From Eledone cirrhosa (lineage: Eukaryota), in NCBI GenBank assembly GCA_964016885.1, contig OZ024740.1, positions 75,082,001 through 75,146,000 on the forward strand: DNA of 64,000 nt, given 5' to 3'. Positions 26,671-40,668 of this stretch are shown here, piece by piece. The position numbers and the translations under genes were made by a program. The notes below the pieces were generated by a model. That model ran no database searches. It was not told the origin of the DNA and worked only from the letters and a program-made list of their open reading frames with translations. Numbering within the stretch: the stretch's first letter is position 1; every line of letters begins with the position of its first letter.

Positions 26671-27220
26671 AAGGTATCCAGTCCATAACACATTCTGACA
26701 GCCGGGGGCTTATGAGTATCCCCACTCCCACATGTGCAGTCATTTCTGGCGTCACACCTGAATATTGGAGTTACCATCCTCCACCCAAATCTACAGTACC
26801 AGTGCCACAGAACTTTGTTGTGTAAACGCCGAATATATCCAGCGAGTAGAATTTAGCCTCCTCCACTAGTTCCTACTCCTTACCTGTAAGGGTTGTAATG
26901 TTTCAGGTTCTAATTTTCAAGGTTTGCTCCCTTCCGAACCTTCTTTGGGGTACCGGGAAACGCAATCTTTGTGCGTCCAATCCACCTCTCCCAAGACAGG
27001 TCACAGGCCTATCACCTGTTTTTACGGCATGAAATTAAAACTGCGATATATTTTTCCAACAGACTCCACTACCTAAAGTCTGAACGTGTCCTTTGTTAAC
27101 CCACGCGAAGGACGATGCAGTATGACTATTTCTACTACTTCTCACCATACTGCAGTTTTGGTAGTCTTATCGTACCAGTCACCGATCTGGTACTTTCTCA
27201 AACCAATGAAGACCTCCCTC
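26671..27220 (-). mobile_element. Inverted 5' portion (5' UTR plus endonuclease N-terminus) of the adjacent RTE LINE
   Basis: Minus strand reads NITTLTGKE*ELVEEAKFYSLDIFGV..GTGTVDLGGGW..SGV..AHVGVGILISPRLSECVMDWIP, an APE N-terminus. The protein continues on the plus strand at about 27228 (ERICFLKI). Confidence 0.8.
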
Positions 27221-27224
27221 CCAA

Positions 27225-29673
27225 TGGAGAGAGGATTTGCTTCTTGAAGATAGGTCTCTCTGGGTGGTGCAAGTTTATGCAAGAAATAAGGAGTCCAAAT
27301 ACAGATCCTTTCTTGATGAAGTCACTACAGCGTTAGATGTTGTTAAGACCGAGTCATATATCCCAATGGAAGATTTCAATCCGCATGTTGGCACTGACCA
27401 CATGATATGGAAAGAAGTGATTGGAAGGAAGGGCGATTCCGATCTAAATACGAATGGAGAGGCCTTACTAGTCTTCTGTTCTAGCAATGGACTTTCTATT
27501 ATGAACACTTTCTTCCAGCCCAGATACATCCATAAATAAACATAGTATAAGGGGAATCAGGGACAGAGATTAATAATTGATTTTCTTATTGTCTTTGGTG
27601 TCTTCGATTCTATGCTGGATGTTCGTGTTAAGTGAGGGGGCTGAGCTGTCAACTGATCACCATCTAGTTATATGCAACTTGCGACTACCCAAAGCCAAAG
27701 AAGCTACAAAACTGGCAGGTCTAGGTCAACGTACAGGATGAAGTGAAAAGCGTTTGTAGATAAGAAAGTCAGGACCAAGTATTCAGATACTATTGCATCC
27801 AAATTCAGAGGACTCCCTGCGCAAACTGACAACGTTGAAACGGAGTGGAGATTGTTCAGCTGAGCAGTTTCTGCTTCAGCTGTTAAATGGTGAGAGTGAA
27901 AGAAGCTTAGTGTGGCGCCGCATGGCATGAGGAACCCTTGGTTCAATCAAGAGGTCAAAGAGGCAATACGTGCAAAGAAGGAGCTCTACAATGCTTGGCT
28001 TGCAATTAAGTCCTCCTTCTTGCACTTGCAGTGAAGCAGGCACGACAAATTGCAACATAGACAGTAAATGCGACCAAAGTTAAGCCGTATGGGGATTTGG
28101 TGTTAAGCTTTAGATCAGAAAACATCTGCTGATGTACACGAGGTGCATCAGGGCGCGATGATTAATCTCTCGGAGGCTGAAGTCACAAGAGCAATTAAAA
28201 AGGCAAGGCCTGAGATGTTAAAAACTTTAAATAGAGAAGGTATTCTCTGTATTCTCTGGCTGACTCGTGTGTGCCGGGTGACCTGGAGTTCTGGAAAAAG
28301 ACTTAAGCAATGACAATCGGGAATGATTATCTCAATTTTCAAAAAGGGTGGCAAGAGAGATTGCTCCAATTATAACGGGATCTTCTTGTTAAGCCTCCCC
28401 AGTAAAGTCTAAGTAGCTGGCTAAGAAATGTAGGGAGATTGTCGAGTCGAAGCTAGCTGATGAATAGTACGGTTTTCTCCCCGAACACAGCACAACCGAC
28501 CAAGTATTCACACGGCATGTCTTTGAGAAATCTTAGAAATCCCACCAAGAGATGTATATTTGATTTCTATACCTCAAAAATGCATATGACCGCGTTCCTC
28601 GGGACCTGCTGTGGAAGGTTCTACAAGAGTATGGGGTCGATGGTCAGCTTCTTCCTGCTCTCATGTCTCTATATGAATACCCGAGCGTTTGTGTTCAGAT
28701 AGATGGTGTTAAATAGAAACCATTCAATATGGGTGTCGGACTCCGTCAAGGGTGCGTACTGTTACCCCTCCCGTTCATTATTTTCCCGAACAGGATTGAC
28801 ATGTGCAGCGGAGTTGGAAGTGGTAGATTCAGTCGGCTTGAATTTGCAGACGACATGGTGTTACTTAACTCGACAGAAGTTGATCTCCGACATGCACTTC
28901 ATAGGTTTGATGCTGAGTGCTGCATGGCTGGAATGAAAATCAATGCTGCGAAAACCGAGACACTCGTTCTTTCAAGGAAGCCTGTGCAGTGCACTCTACA
29001 TGAGAATGGAGTTCCACTGAATCTAGTGGAGAAATCGAAGTATCTCGGGGCCGTGTCCACGATTCATGGAAGGTAGGATGCTGAATTAAGTGCAAGAATT
29101 ACAGGAGCTGGTGCAGTAATGCGCCAGCTCAGCGTTCGGTAATCAGACGAAGGTAGATATGTGTAAAAGCCAAACTCGTTATCTTCAGTTCGGTATTCAT
29201 GCCAACTCTTACCTATGGTCATGCATCTTGGGTAATGACCGAAAGAACACGATCGCGAATACAAGCGGCCGAAATGGGGTTCTTCCGAAGAGTCCTTCGA
29301 GTAACTTTACTCGATAGAGTGTGTAGCTCGGAGATGAGAGAGCCGCTCCAGGTAGAGCTGTTACTTCTCCGAATAGATCGCAGCTCCGATACTAAGGGCA
29401 TGTGGTTAGAATCTCAGAAAATAATCGCTGGACAGATTTTACGGGCAAAACCAACTGGCAAGAAATCCAGGGGTAGATCCCGAAAAAGGTGGTTGGATAA
29501 CATCCATTAGCGTGGCTGGTCTCGCTTGGGCGTCTTTTTGGAAACAGTTACTTCTGACTAGACCAGTTGGAAGGAGTGTTTGAGGACTCTGGCCCCACGA
29601 CCTTCTCAGGAATAAAAAAAAGAAGAAAAAGAACAAAAACAATAAAAAGAAGAAGAAAAAGAAGAAGAAGAAG
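27225..29673 (+). mobile_element. RTE-clade LINE (Rex3/Expander-like), decayed APE and RT, with (AAG)n-type tail
   Basis: Motifs VVQVYA..DFNPHVGTD..FCSSNGLSIMNTFFQ, GLRQGCVLLPL, EFADDMVLL, KYLG, RSRIQAAEMGFFRRV and GKKSRGRSRKRWLDNI. The tail aagaagaag is at 29611-29673. Confidence 0.92.
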
Positions 29674-29679
29674 ATCAGG

Positions 29680-30130
29680 GTAGTGCTGGAATATTAATGG
29701 GTAGGGGGTGTATTGTGTTAGGCAGTGAGGTGAGATTAAGATGATGTTCAGCGATTGGGTAGAGGTGATATGGCGTTGATATTCGGGTGGAAGTAATTTT
29801 GATTAGACGTTGTGGTGCTATCGGTGGTAGTATGCTGGTTGTGATGATGGTGGTAGTTTCATTGGTAGTATGTTGGTGGTGGTGGTGATGAAATGTAGTG
29901 CGGAGGTGGTGAGCTATGGTTGAAGTGCTGCTAATGGTAGTGATGGTTGCGGTAGTGGTGAAATTTTAGGGAGTAGTGTCTTCGTGTAAAAATGAATGTG
30001 CTTCTAATGGTAAGATAGTGCTGACGTTTGGGTGACGGTGATGACAGCTAGGGTAAACTATTGGGGTGGATGTATGATTAAATTAGTTGTGGTGAGTGGC
30101 AGCATGTTTGTGGTATAGAACAAGAGTAGA
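29680..30130. repeat. GT-rich low-complexity region (degenerate ggt/gat/agt triplets)
   Basis: Seen directly. Confidence 0.7.
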
Positions 30131-30389
30131 TGACAAGGAGTGTTAAATTGCTTATTGTCATGCTTTATTCTATCGAATCATTCAATTGACCATATCTGGA
30201 CTTTATATGCTAATTGGTCTACTTATGAAACCCGGACACTATAAATTGCTTCACCTTAGGCACTGATAAATTATACATCTCATTTTTATGTACATATACC
30301 TACACATATACATACGTATGTATGTGTATATATACATATATGTACATGTATGTATGTATATATATATATATATTATATATATACACACA

Positions 30390-30460
<71 letters not shown>

Positions 30461-30466
30461 TATATA

Positions 30467-30517
<51 letters not shown>

Positions 30518-31253
30518 GGTGTAGCACGTAAACTGTCGTGTTCAATATACAACATCTTAAAGTTATGATTATACATGTTAGTGAAAAATAGGTGGAATTC
30601 AATTGGCATCACTATCCAGATCATGTTTGTCTAAATTAAGTTGACTGGCTTCGTCGGGATTTGAGCTAAGAATGTAAAGCGCTGTAACTAACAGTCACAA
30701 AACTCCAACGATTCTGCTAATCCGCCGCTCTAATGTGTATTTAATAATAAAAGCATTAGTATCATACTGTTTCATTTTCTGAAAATTCAAAATGTTATTT
30801 CAATTTATTAAGTATAAAAATGTAATTTCAAATGTAAACAGAATGTATTTATACACTTCAAACGCAAAGAAAATATATTTATATAAAAATAAGTACGTAA
30901 ACGCACACATGTCAAACAGAATGGAATGCAGCTGCAAATCCTCTAATGCAAAACAGTTTATGATGGAAAAAAAATTGAAAAGAAATGTTATGTAGATTCT
31001 GAATCCCTTATGTTCAAAACAAAAATCCTAAGACCATTTTGAAAAGAAAGGTATATAATATACAGATTACGGCGAGTTTAAATATTTACTCTGAAACAAA
31101 TAAATGCCGAAATTTTTCAATGTCTGTTATTATTTTAAAACAAATGTCTTGATAAAACATGCTTTTATTTTTTTATCATATATCAACAATTATTCAACAA
31201 ACTAATATATTTACAAAGTTTCAATGAAATTCTTTCGATGATAATTCATGGCA

Positions 31254-31298
<45 letters not shown>

Positions 31299-31299
<1 letters not shown>

Positions 31300-32165
31300 G
31301 AGGTGTGTCAGAAAAGTTCCAGGATTGATGTCACAAAAGATTTATTTCAAACCCAAGCTTCACACTAAGAGTTTTCTCCTTCAAAGTAATCCCCCTGGAG
31401 TCTAATGCACTTTTCCATCCTTTTCTGTCACGCTTGTATGCACTCCTGGAAGGATTCTTCCAGGATCCCCCGCAGTTCCATCGTCACGGCCTTTTTTATG
31501 TCGTCCACGTCTTCAAAACGGGTCTCCTCCGGGTCGTACACGAAGATCCATGACTCATCACCGGTGATGGCTGTCCCTAGCAAGTCTGGTTCGGTTTCAA
31601 GACGTTCGAGGATGTCCTGGCACACTTGCATGCGTTGACCCTTCTGGTCATCGTTCAGCAGTTTTGGCAACACCTTCGCGCAGACTTTCCCCATGGGCAA
31701 ATCTTCAGTGAGAATCTTCCAGACGCTATCCCGATTCATGCCCAGCTCATTTGCCATCAGTCGATCAGTCAGCCGACAATCGCTACGCACCATCTGCCTG
31801 ACGCGCTCAACGTTGACCTCAGTCCTGGTTGTTGAGGGTCTTCCGCTCCTCAAAAACACGTGAGCGTGACATCGTCTCATCTCCATACACTTGCTGCAGC
31901 AATGCCAGTGCTTCTGACGGAATTTTCCACAACCGTACCAGAAACTTCAAGTTTGTTCGTTGCTCTGTGCTCATGGCTTGACGACCTGAAACAGAGGACA
32001 TGTATATAAAATTATGAAGAAAAAAGTTTGATCGCTTCAGAGAGCTAAGATTACAGCTACATACTCCAGGGGGATTACTTTGAAGGAGAAAACTCTTAGT
32101 GTGAAGTTTGGGTTTGAAATAAATCTTTTGTGACATCAGTCCTGGAACTTTTCTGACACACCTCG
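31299..32165 (-). mobile_element. Mariner element with internal deletions, about 100-bp TIRs, TA target
   Basis: TIR cgaggtgtgtcagaaaagttccagga...ccctggagt at both ends. Transposase remnants read MSTEQRTNLKFLVRL, RSGRPST, AKVLPKLL (WVPHEL equivalent) and ITGDESWIFVYDPE, then jump directly to RFEDVDDIKK..CIRLQGDYFEG. Confidence 0.93.
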
Positions 32166-32211
32166 TATATATATATATGTACTCACACAGACACACATAC
32201 ACACATACGCG

Positions 32212-32251
<40 letters not shown>

Positions 32252-32291
32252 AATGGAAGTATGTTTAGAAAGCGCAGAGCGAAGTTTGAAA

Positions 32292-32627
32292 ATTGAAATA
32301 GAAATATAATTGTTCTACTTTTGGCACAAGGCCAGCAATTACCAATTACTGGTACTGATAGAAATATAATGCTTTGCTATAACATTTGAATAAATAAAAC
32401 AGTCTTAATAACGGGGCGTATAAACCCATTGAACGAAATAAAGATGGTATCAGCTTACATGGGAGTCGAACCCACTAGTGTGCTCATCGGGCAAACGAGA
32501 AATGTGGGTTCGACTCCCATGTGTGCTGATATCTATCTTGTTCCGTTCAGTGGGTTTATACGCCCCGTTATTAAGACTATGTTATTTAGTTAAATGTTAC
32601 GATGAAGCATTATATTTATATTTCAAT
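32292..32627. mobile_element. Fold-back element with tRNA-like core; left arm interrupted by a 47-bp SINE tail with 13-bp TSD
   Basis: Arms at about 32358-32476 and 32503-32627 are reverse complements, with gtgggttcgactcccat (T-arm/B box) at the inner ends. The TSD atagaaatataat lies at 32298-32310 and 32358-32370. Confidence 0.7.
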
Positions 32628-33019
32628 ACACACACACACACACACACATACAACCCCCCCCCCCACACCTACACCCCCACCCCACCCCCACACACATATA
32701 TAAATACATATATATATGTACGCACACACACATACACACACACATATATATATAATAGAGTATTGTAGTTTGCTTGCAGCATTGCGTTAGTGTATAAAGC
32801 AGTATGTTATTTGAAGGCTATGACAATGCAAAAGGTCAGCAGACTTGAATGAGAGAGTGGCTCGAAGTTCGTGCGTATGTTGTTTCGAGGCTCACCATTT
32901 CTGACAAAGGGTTTTTTGACCCGAAATATTAGGACAGGTAAATAACAGGTGACACACCAACATCATCGTTACCTTCAATTTTTCCGAAAATCTAGTCTAT
33001 TTGCATTGTCGTAGCCTGC

Positions 33020-33157
<138 letters not shown>

Positions 33158-33254
33158 TCTGTATGTATGTAAAAGGTAAACAGAAATAAGAACACAATCG
33201 GTACAGTATACGGAAGGAATATATTAGGTTAATACCTGAAAGAGCAGGAAGAGG

Positions 33255-33295
33255 GTCGTAACGTTTCGGACGCTAGTCCTTCATCAGAAGAAAGA
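33255..33295 (-). ncRNA. Minimal hammerhead-like motif (stem I decayed)
   Basis: Minus strand reads CTGATGA-aggac tagc gtcc-GAAA-CGTTA (palindromic AACGTT helix III). Confidence 0.5.
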
Positions 33296-33382
33296 ATAAG
33301 AAATAAGATAGATTGAAGGGACGGGTGGGGTGGAATTGGAAAAATGTCTTTAGATAAAAATGACAGGTCCATTCATGTTGAC

Positions 33383-33462
<80 letters not shown>

Positions 33463-33624
33463 AATATATATATATATATGATTATAACGTGCCAGTCAAT
33501 TAGATCGCTATAGATTTAGGGATTGCATTCTAAACGAACTAAAACTGATCACCATAAATGAAAGTGAATCGTTATATACTATTTCAAAGCTCTTAGAGGT
33601 TCATTCTGTCTTTACCACAACAGA

Positions 33625-33709
33625 AGTCCGACGAGCTTTTGATTCCAGAGTTAGGACAGATCGATACAGAACGAACCCTGAGCTGATCAATAGCGAAACG
33701 CGCGTCACT
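33625..33709 (+). ncRNA. Type I hammerhead (core CCGACGA) with palindromic helix III
   Basis: Reads agt-CCGACGA-gcttttgat...atcaatagc-GAAA-CGCGCG-TC-act. It lies in a ~270-bp element between (TA)n tracts. Confidence 0.7.
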
Positions 33710-33795
33710 ACTAAATAAACGCAATGAAGACATAACAAATCGTCCTTTTTATTATATATATATATATATATATATACAAGAATATATATACATAC

Positions 33796-34343
<548 letters not shown>

Positions 34344-34364
34344 TATATATACATACATACATAT

Positions 34365-34447
<83 letters not shown>

Positions 34448-34452
34448 TATAC

Positions 34453-34937
34453 GTTCGTTGTCTTCTCTTTGTTAATTTTTCTAATTTTATTATCATTACT
34501 CTGTGACGAACGTGTTCTTTCTTCCCCCCACCCAATAATTTTAATGGTTTACATTTTTTAACATAACATCTAACTTTTTTCTTTTTCCTTTTTTTTTCTT
34601 TCCCTTCCTTTTTTCATTTTTTACCTCGTTTTTTTTTTTGTCACTCTCATGAGAATATCGTTGCTATAAAAATCACAATACCTTCTCCTAACCGTCACAT
34701 AAAATTCTGTGTTATTGCTGTAAGTTATTGTTTGTCTCATCTTTTACTCTACGGACAGTGCTTTGGTAGTGTCAGACGCTGTGACCCTGGATGGACCAGC
34801 AGCACCGACGGTAGGGGTCGAAGCAAGGTTCCTCTCGCCGTCCGAAGATATTTCAGTTCTGTGTCCTTCATCTGAAGATTTTTGGCTTTTGTATTAAAAA
34901 ATTTAAGGTTTCCCCTTTAAAAGAAATTTTCGTTCTG
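34453..34937 (+). mobile_element. Copy of the 8003-8696 family (permuted hammerhead-like motif 34745-34855, decayed)
   Basis: Collinear similarity to 8200-8695 across ~480 bp. Confidence 0.75.
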
Positions 34938-34955
34938 CCTTGGTTTCGTTCGTTT

Positions 34956-35060
<105 letters not shown>

Positions 35061-35079
35061 TTCCTATTTCCTATCATTT

Positions 35080-35480
35080 GAAGGCTAAGATCTTTGATAC
35101 TTACATCCTACCAGTTGTGTTATATGGTCTTGAGTGTGTAAATTAGACGACAAGGTCACTTCAAAAGCTCTCTACATTCCAGAACCACACCATGAGACTT
35201 ATGACTAGCAAGGCTCAGCGACCATATCTGTATCAGTGAGCTGCTCAATATTACCAGACTTAGACCAATTACATCAAGTGTCAAGTCAAGAGTACTCAAA
35301 CTATACGGTCATATAAAAAGTGGGTGAGTAGGTTATGCCTGGAAGGAAGGTTGGCTGGTAAGAGAAGCAGAGGCCGGCAGCCAAAACGATGGCTTGATAA
35401 TATCAACTTATGGACTGGACTTTTTGAACTCTGCCGTTGGTGATCAAACTTTGTGGAGAGAGATATCACATGTTGATGCG
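35080..35480 (+). mobile_element. RTE-type LINE 3' fragment
   Basis: Reads KAKIFDTYILPVVLYGLECVN..LKLYGHIK..EGRLAGKRSRGRQPKRWLDNI. Confidence 0.75.
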
Positions 35481-35844
35481 CAGTCCGCAACTGGCGGAGT
35501 TTAGCGTCACAAAAGAGTCTTGAATAATCGTTCCCGCCCTTCACTTATTAATTTTTCAGATTTTTTTCCACCCCACGCTTTTATTCAACTTATTAAATTT
35601 TACTTATCTATCTCCGGCGAAATTCTTTTGTAAGTTATTCATATTGATACAGCAGCTGAAGAATCTAGTCATTTTATTTTACATTCAAAAAACATTATAT
35701 ATGAGAAAAATAGAACATTACAAGAAATTCCATATTTACGACCGTACACTATACAGTTACTGATTTCCCAACACCCCTATTATTTGGGACCAGAGAGTAT
35801 ACGTACATATATGTATACAGACACACACACACACACATACATAT

Positions 35845-35903
<59 letters not shown>

Positions 35904-35970
35904 ACACATATATATATATATGTATATATAAAAATATATACATATTCATATGTATATAAATACTTACGCT

Positions 35971-36029
<59 letters not shown>

Positions 36030-36040
36030 ATGTGTGTGTG

Positions 36041-36081
<41 letters not shown>

Positions 36082-36477
36082 TGTAGCTTTGAAATGTTGC
36101 CGCGCAGTAGCATTGAATTTAAAATAGTTTTACTCAAAGCATCAAATATTCCGCTCAGTGTTTATAAAAATAAGAGGAAAAGTTAGTGCCCACTTCATAT
36201 TCCTTTTCCAAATATTGCTTTGTTATTGCAATAAGGCTTGGAAATATGAACGGTTCCTTTAAATCTACCTGCATCTTCTAGTCATTAGCGCCACGCCGAA
36301 GTCTGAGTATTGGCTTCCTTTGTTTACGTTCCTGTGTTGTCCTTTCCCACCATCTATGTAGAAAAGGCACGACATTGTGTTGTTTTTCATTGCACTGTTC
36401 ATTTGTGCATCATAACAAGTATGTAGTACTTCATATATATATATATATATAAAGTACTACATACTATATACTATATA

Positions 36478-36533
<56 letters not shown>

Positions 36534-36535
<2 letters not shown>

Positions 36536-37457
36536 CGAAGGAAATGTGGTAAAGAACCAGGTGGACCATAACGCACCAAAGTACTCAATACTTAGGGTAG
36601 TAAAGTGGGTAATAGGAACGAGTAGGACCCCGACGGCTGAGCTCAAGTCGTTTCGACGGCTAATTCTGGACTAAATGGAAATTTTTATCCTGGTATATGA
36701 ATAGCCGAGTTTCTCAGGGGGCAATTCCATATATGGTAAAAGTGATTGTCACAAGGATTTGTCAAAAGTTTGTTGTTGAGACACATAATTCTATCATGGC
36801 AATTTGTGGAAGGAAGGGGTAGCTGAACCTGCCAGTAGAAGAAAGGGGGTGAGGGGGTGGAGGAAACCCAGTCGTGCGTTGATAGTTCCAACTACAGCAG
36901 GGCAGGAGGTCAAGGAAGTATACTAGGGAGGGGGAAGGGGAGGAAGTCGAAACAATAAGTAAAACAATATGGGGTAAATATATAGAAAATACCGAGAATG
37001 TTAAAAAAACAATTAAATATAAAAAAAACCAATTCTGGTTACTATTCCCTAAGGACAGCTATCAAGTCTCTCACTGGTACTGCTAGACTAAAGAAAAGTT
37101 TACTAGGTGGGACGGAATTATAATGAGACCCTTTTAAGAGGTAGTAGTAATCAACCGAGTATATCTTACGGTGGACGGGTCAACAAGTGGGGGGCCAAAA
37201 TACTAAAGAAACAACCACGAAATAATAAATCAGAGTCCCGAGACTATACGAAATAACTGTTTTCACCCCAGGCACAAGGCCAGGCAACCACCCAGTGCAA
37301 AAAATAAACTAATTACGAAATAATAATTCAGAATCCCGAAAAGAATACTAATACTATCTCTATGGGTGCCGCTACGATACAAAAATTCTAGTGCAAACTA
37401 CATAAATGCTCGTACGAAGTGTATGAAAAATTTGATACGGAAAATTAATCAGAATCC

Positions 37458-37488
<31 letters not shown>

Positions 37489-37860
37489 AAAATACTGATA
37501 TACGAGAAATTAAAGCAAAGATACCACTAAGAAATGTAGAAAGCTCGGAAAAGGGGCAGCCATCGATATTCCTTCTTCTATATTTCCTTCTTCCCCATCC
37601 CTTCCTAGTCCTTCCCACCCAGTCCTCTTTCTTTGTCGTCGTCCTTTTTACTTTCTCGCCCACCCTAGGCAGCCCCTCGGTCCTTTGTAGCCTCAGAACC
37701 CCCACCCCTTCCCCTATCCTATGATAGAATTGGCCGACTCCGCTTTTTATAGCAGATGTGATAGACCCCGGATACTTGCCTTCTTATCCGATGGCTGCTC
37801 CTTTTCCGAGCTTTCTACATTTCTTAGTGGTATCTTTGCTTTAATTTCTCGTATATCAGT

Positions 37861-37891
<31 letters not shown>

Positions 37892-38730
37892 ATTCTGAAT
37901 TAATTTTCCGTATCAAATTTTTCATATACTTCGTACGAGCATTTATGTAGTTTGCACTAGAATTTTTGTATCGTAGCGGCACCCATAGAGATAGTATTAG
38001 TATTCTTTTTCGGGATTCTGAATTATTATTTCGAATTAGTTTATTTTTTGCACTGGGTGGTTGCTGGCCTTGTGCCTGGGGTGGAAACAGTTATTTCGTA
38101 TTAGTCTCGGGACTCTGATTTATTATTTCGTGGTAGTTTCTTTAGTATTTTGGCCCCCCACTTGTTGACCCGTCACCGTAAGATATACTCGGTTGATTAC
38201 TACTACCTCTTAAAAGGGTCTCATTATAATTCCGTCCCACCTTGTAAACTTTTCTTTAGTCTAGCAGTACCAGTGAGAGACTTGATAGCTGTCCTTAGGG
38301 AATAGTAACCAGAATTGTTTTTTTTTATATTTAATTGTTTTTTTAACATTCTCAGTATTTTTCTATATATTTACCCCATATTGTTTTACTTATTGTTTCG
38401 ACTTCCTCCCCTTCCCCCTCTCTAGTATACTTCCTTGACCTCCTGCCCTGCTGTAGTTTGCACTATCAACGCTCAACTGGGTTTCCTCCACCCCCTCGCC
38501 CTCTTGCTTCTACTGGCAGGTTCAGCTACCCCTTCCTTCCACAAATTGCCATGATAGAATTATGTGTCTCAACAACAAACTTTTGACAAATCCTTGTGAC
38601 AATCACTTTTACCATATATGGAATTACCCCCTGAGAAGCTCGGCTATTTCATATACCAGGATAAAAATTTTCATTTAGTCCAGAATTAGCCGTCGAAACG
38701 GCTTGAGCTCAGCTGTCGGGTCTTACTCGT

Positions 38731-38735
<5 letters not shown>
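36534..38735. mobile_element. 2.2-kb fold-back non-coding element (about 950-bp inverted arms, about 220-bp spacer) with hammerhead-like termini, in (TA)n
   Basis: 36612-37565 is the reverse complement of 37789-38733 with few differences. 38626-38721 reads acccc-CTGAGAA-gctcggcta..tagccgtc-GAAA-cggc ttgagctca gctg-TC-gggt. Confidence 0.88.
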
Positions 38736-38809
<74 letters not shown>

Positions 38810-38864
38810 AAATTGTAGAGAGGAAAAAGATTTTTTCTGTAGAAAATACTGAAGAGATTCTTTC

Positions 38865-39100
38865 AGTATAATATCAAAACATTTATTTATTCATAAAATG
38901 GATATTTCCGCATTTAATAAAACCGGTTTTATCATTATATGCTTTTTCAACTGCGGATATGTATAATGTAGTTATGTTGCATATTATACGAATAATAAAA
39001 AGAGGAAGACAAATTATTAGTTTTTACATACATATTTAGAGAGGAAAGTTCATATATCTGTCTGTGTTTGTCCTTCATTCTCTGTTATAGTAGTGTATAT
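38865..39100 (-). mobile_element. Copy of the 59961-60350 family
   Basis: Shares tatcaaaacatttattta..tatttccgcatttaata..gctttttcaac.gcgga..gttgcatatt..aaattattagtttttacatacatatttagagaggaaagttcatat. Confidence 0.8.
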
Positions 39101-39721
39101 ATATAGTAGTGTTGTTAATACGAAGCATTATAAGATACGTTGTAAAAGACCAATATTTTCTATAAAAGACAGTATAATGCGGTAGTAAATGCGAAGGGCG
39201 AATGTTAACAAATGAAACGAAACAAATTAATGTTTTGCCCAGTTTATTTTAGCATTATATTTCAGGGCTATTAATTTCAGGTTGTTTCAAACGCCCGACG
39301 GCTCCTGTATACATATAGGTACTATATAGATACATAAAATAATGCGCCAGTATTTAAGGTCTTAAGGAATTCTGTGAGGTACGAAGATGGCAGTATTCAG
39401 AGCTACCAGTGGAAGTGAAATGTTGTGGGGCCGTAGCCAGATTCACTCTTTTATAATTAGTGCGCATTCGACGTATGAAAACAGCAGAGCAGTAATACTT
39501 AAAATGAATCAAGGATACTGTAAATAAAAATATTCGAGAAAGACCTCTAAGCAGGCCAACTGTTCAGCAAAATTGTATTTCACTACTCACTTCATATTTA
39601 TTTCCTGCACCTAGCCACGTCTTTCTCTAACAGGTGTGTGCATTATCCATGACGTAGCATTTTCTACTTACAATATTGCACTTCATGAATTATTGCCCGG
39701 CTGCATTTCCTACATCAAAAT

Positions 39722-39752
<31 letters not shown>

Positions 39753-39767
39753 GCACACACACACACG

Positions 39768-39891
<124 letters not shown>

Positions 39892-40310
39892 CCACACACA
39901 CACACATCCACCCTCCCTCTCTCCTTGTCACACACGCACACACACATATATATATATGATATGATATACAATTATTACCCACGCGGTTGACATTTCCCAT
40001 ATTATTGACGTGCAGTCTCCACTCTGAGTCATGAGTTTTGTATATTCTTACGTACACATTTTATGTCTCACTGAATGAGTAAGGGGAACGGGTGAGGTTG
40101 CAGGATAACTTTGTAAACTAAAACGATTTCCACTCCCAGTGGTGTTTGATTGTAAGGTGACCGTTTATTTTTAAATTTAATTTAGTTCGATTTATATAAA
40201 CTATATAATATTTATATATATATATATATATATAATAGGAATGAAAAAATGGCGGGCTGTGTTGTTGCAAATGTGATATACAAATTAAAATGAGAATTAG
40301 AAATGGAAGT

Positions 40311-40439
40311 CAGGACTAATCCATCATCAGTGGTCTACTAGCCATCATAGGTATTTCTTCGCATTAAAGACCATTTCGATACCTCAGGCTAGCGCGATAC
40401 CTATGATGGCTAATAGACCACTGATGATGGATAGTCCTG
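40311..40439 (-). ncRNA. Small fold-back containing a permuted hammerhead related to 10573-10680
   Basis: Minus strand reads ctagcc-tg-aggtat-cgaaa-tggtct-ttaa-tgcgaa-GAAA-tacct-atgat-ggctag-t-agacca-CTGATGA. Arms 40311-40354 and 40397-40439 are inverted repeats. Confidence 0.7.
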
Positions 40440-40504
<65 letters not shown>

Positions 40505-40589
40505 TGTATGTATGTTTGTATGATGACCCTGTAATAAACAGGCGAAACTCCAGAGTAACATGACTCACTATTCAGCCTAATAAATGAAC

Positions 40590-40668
<79 letters not shown>

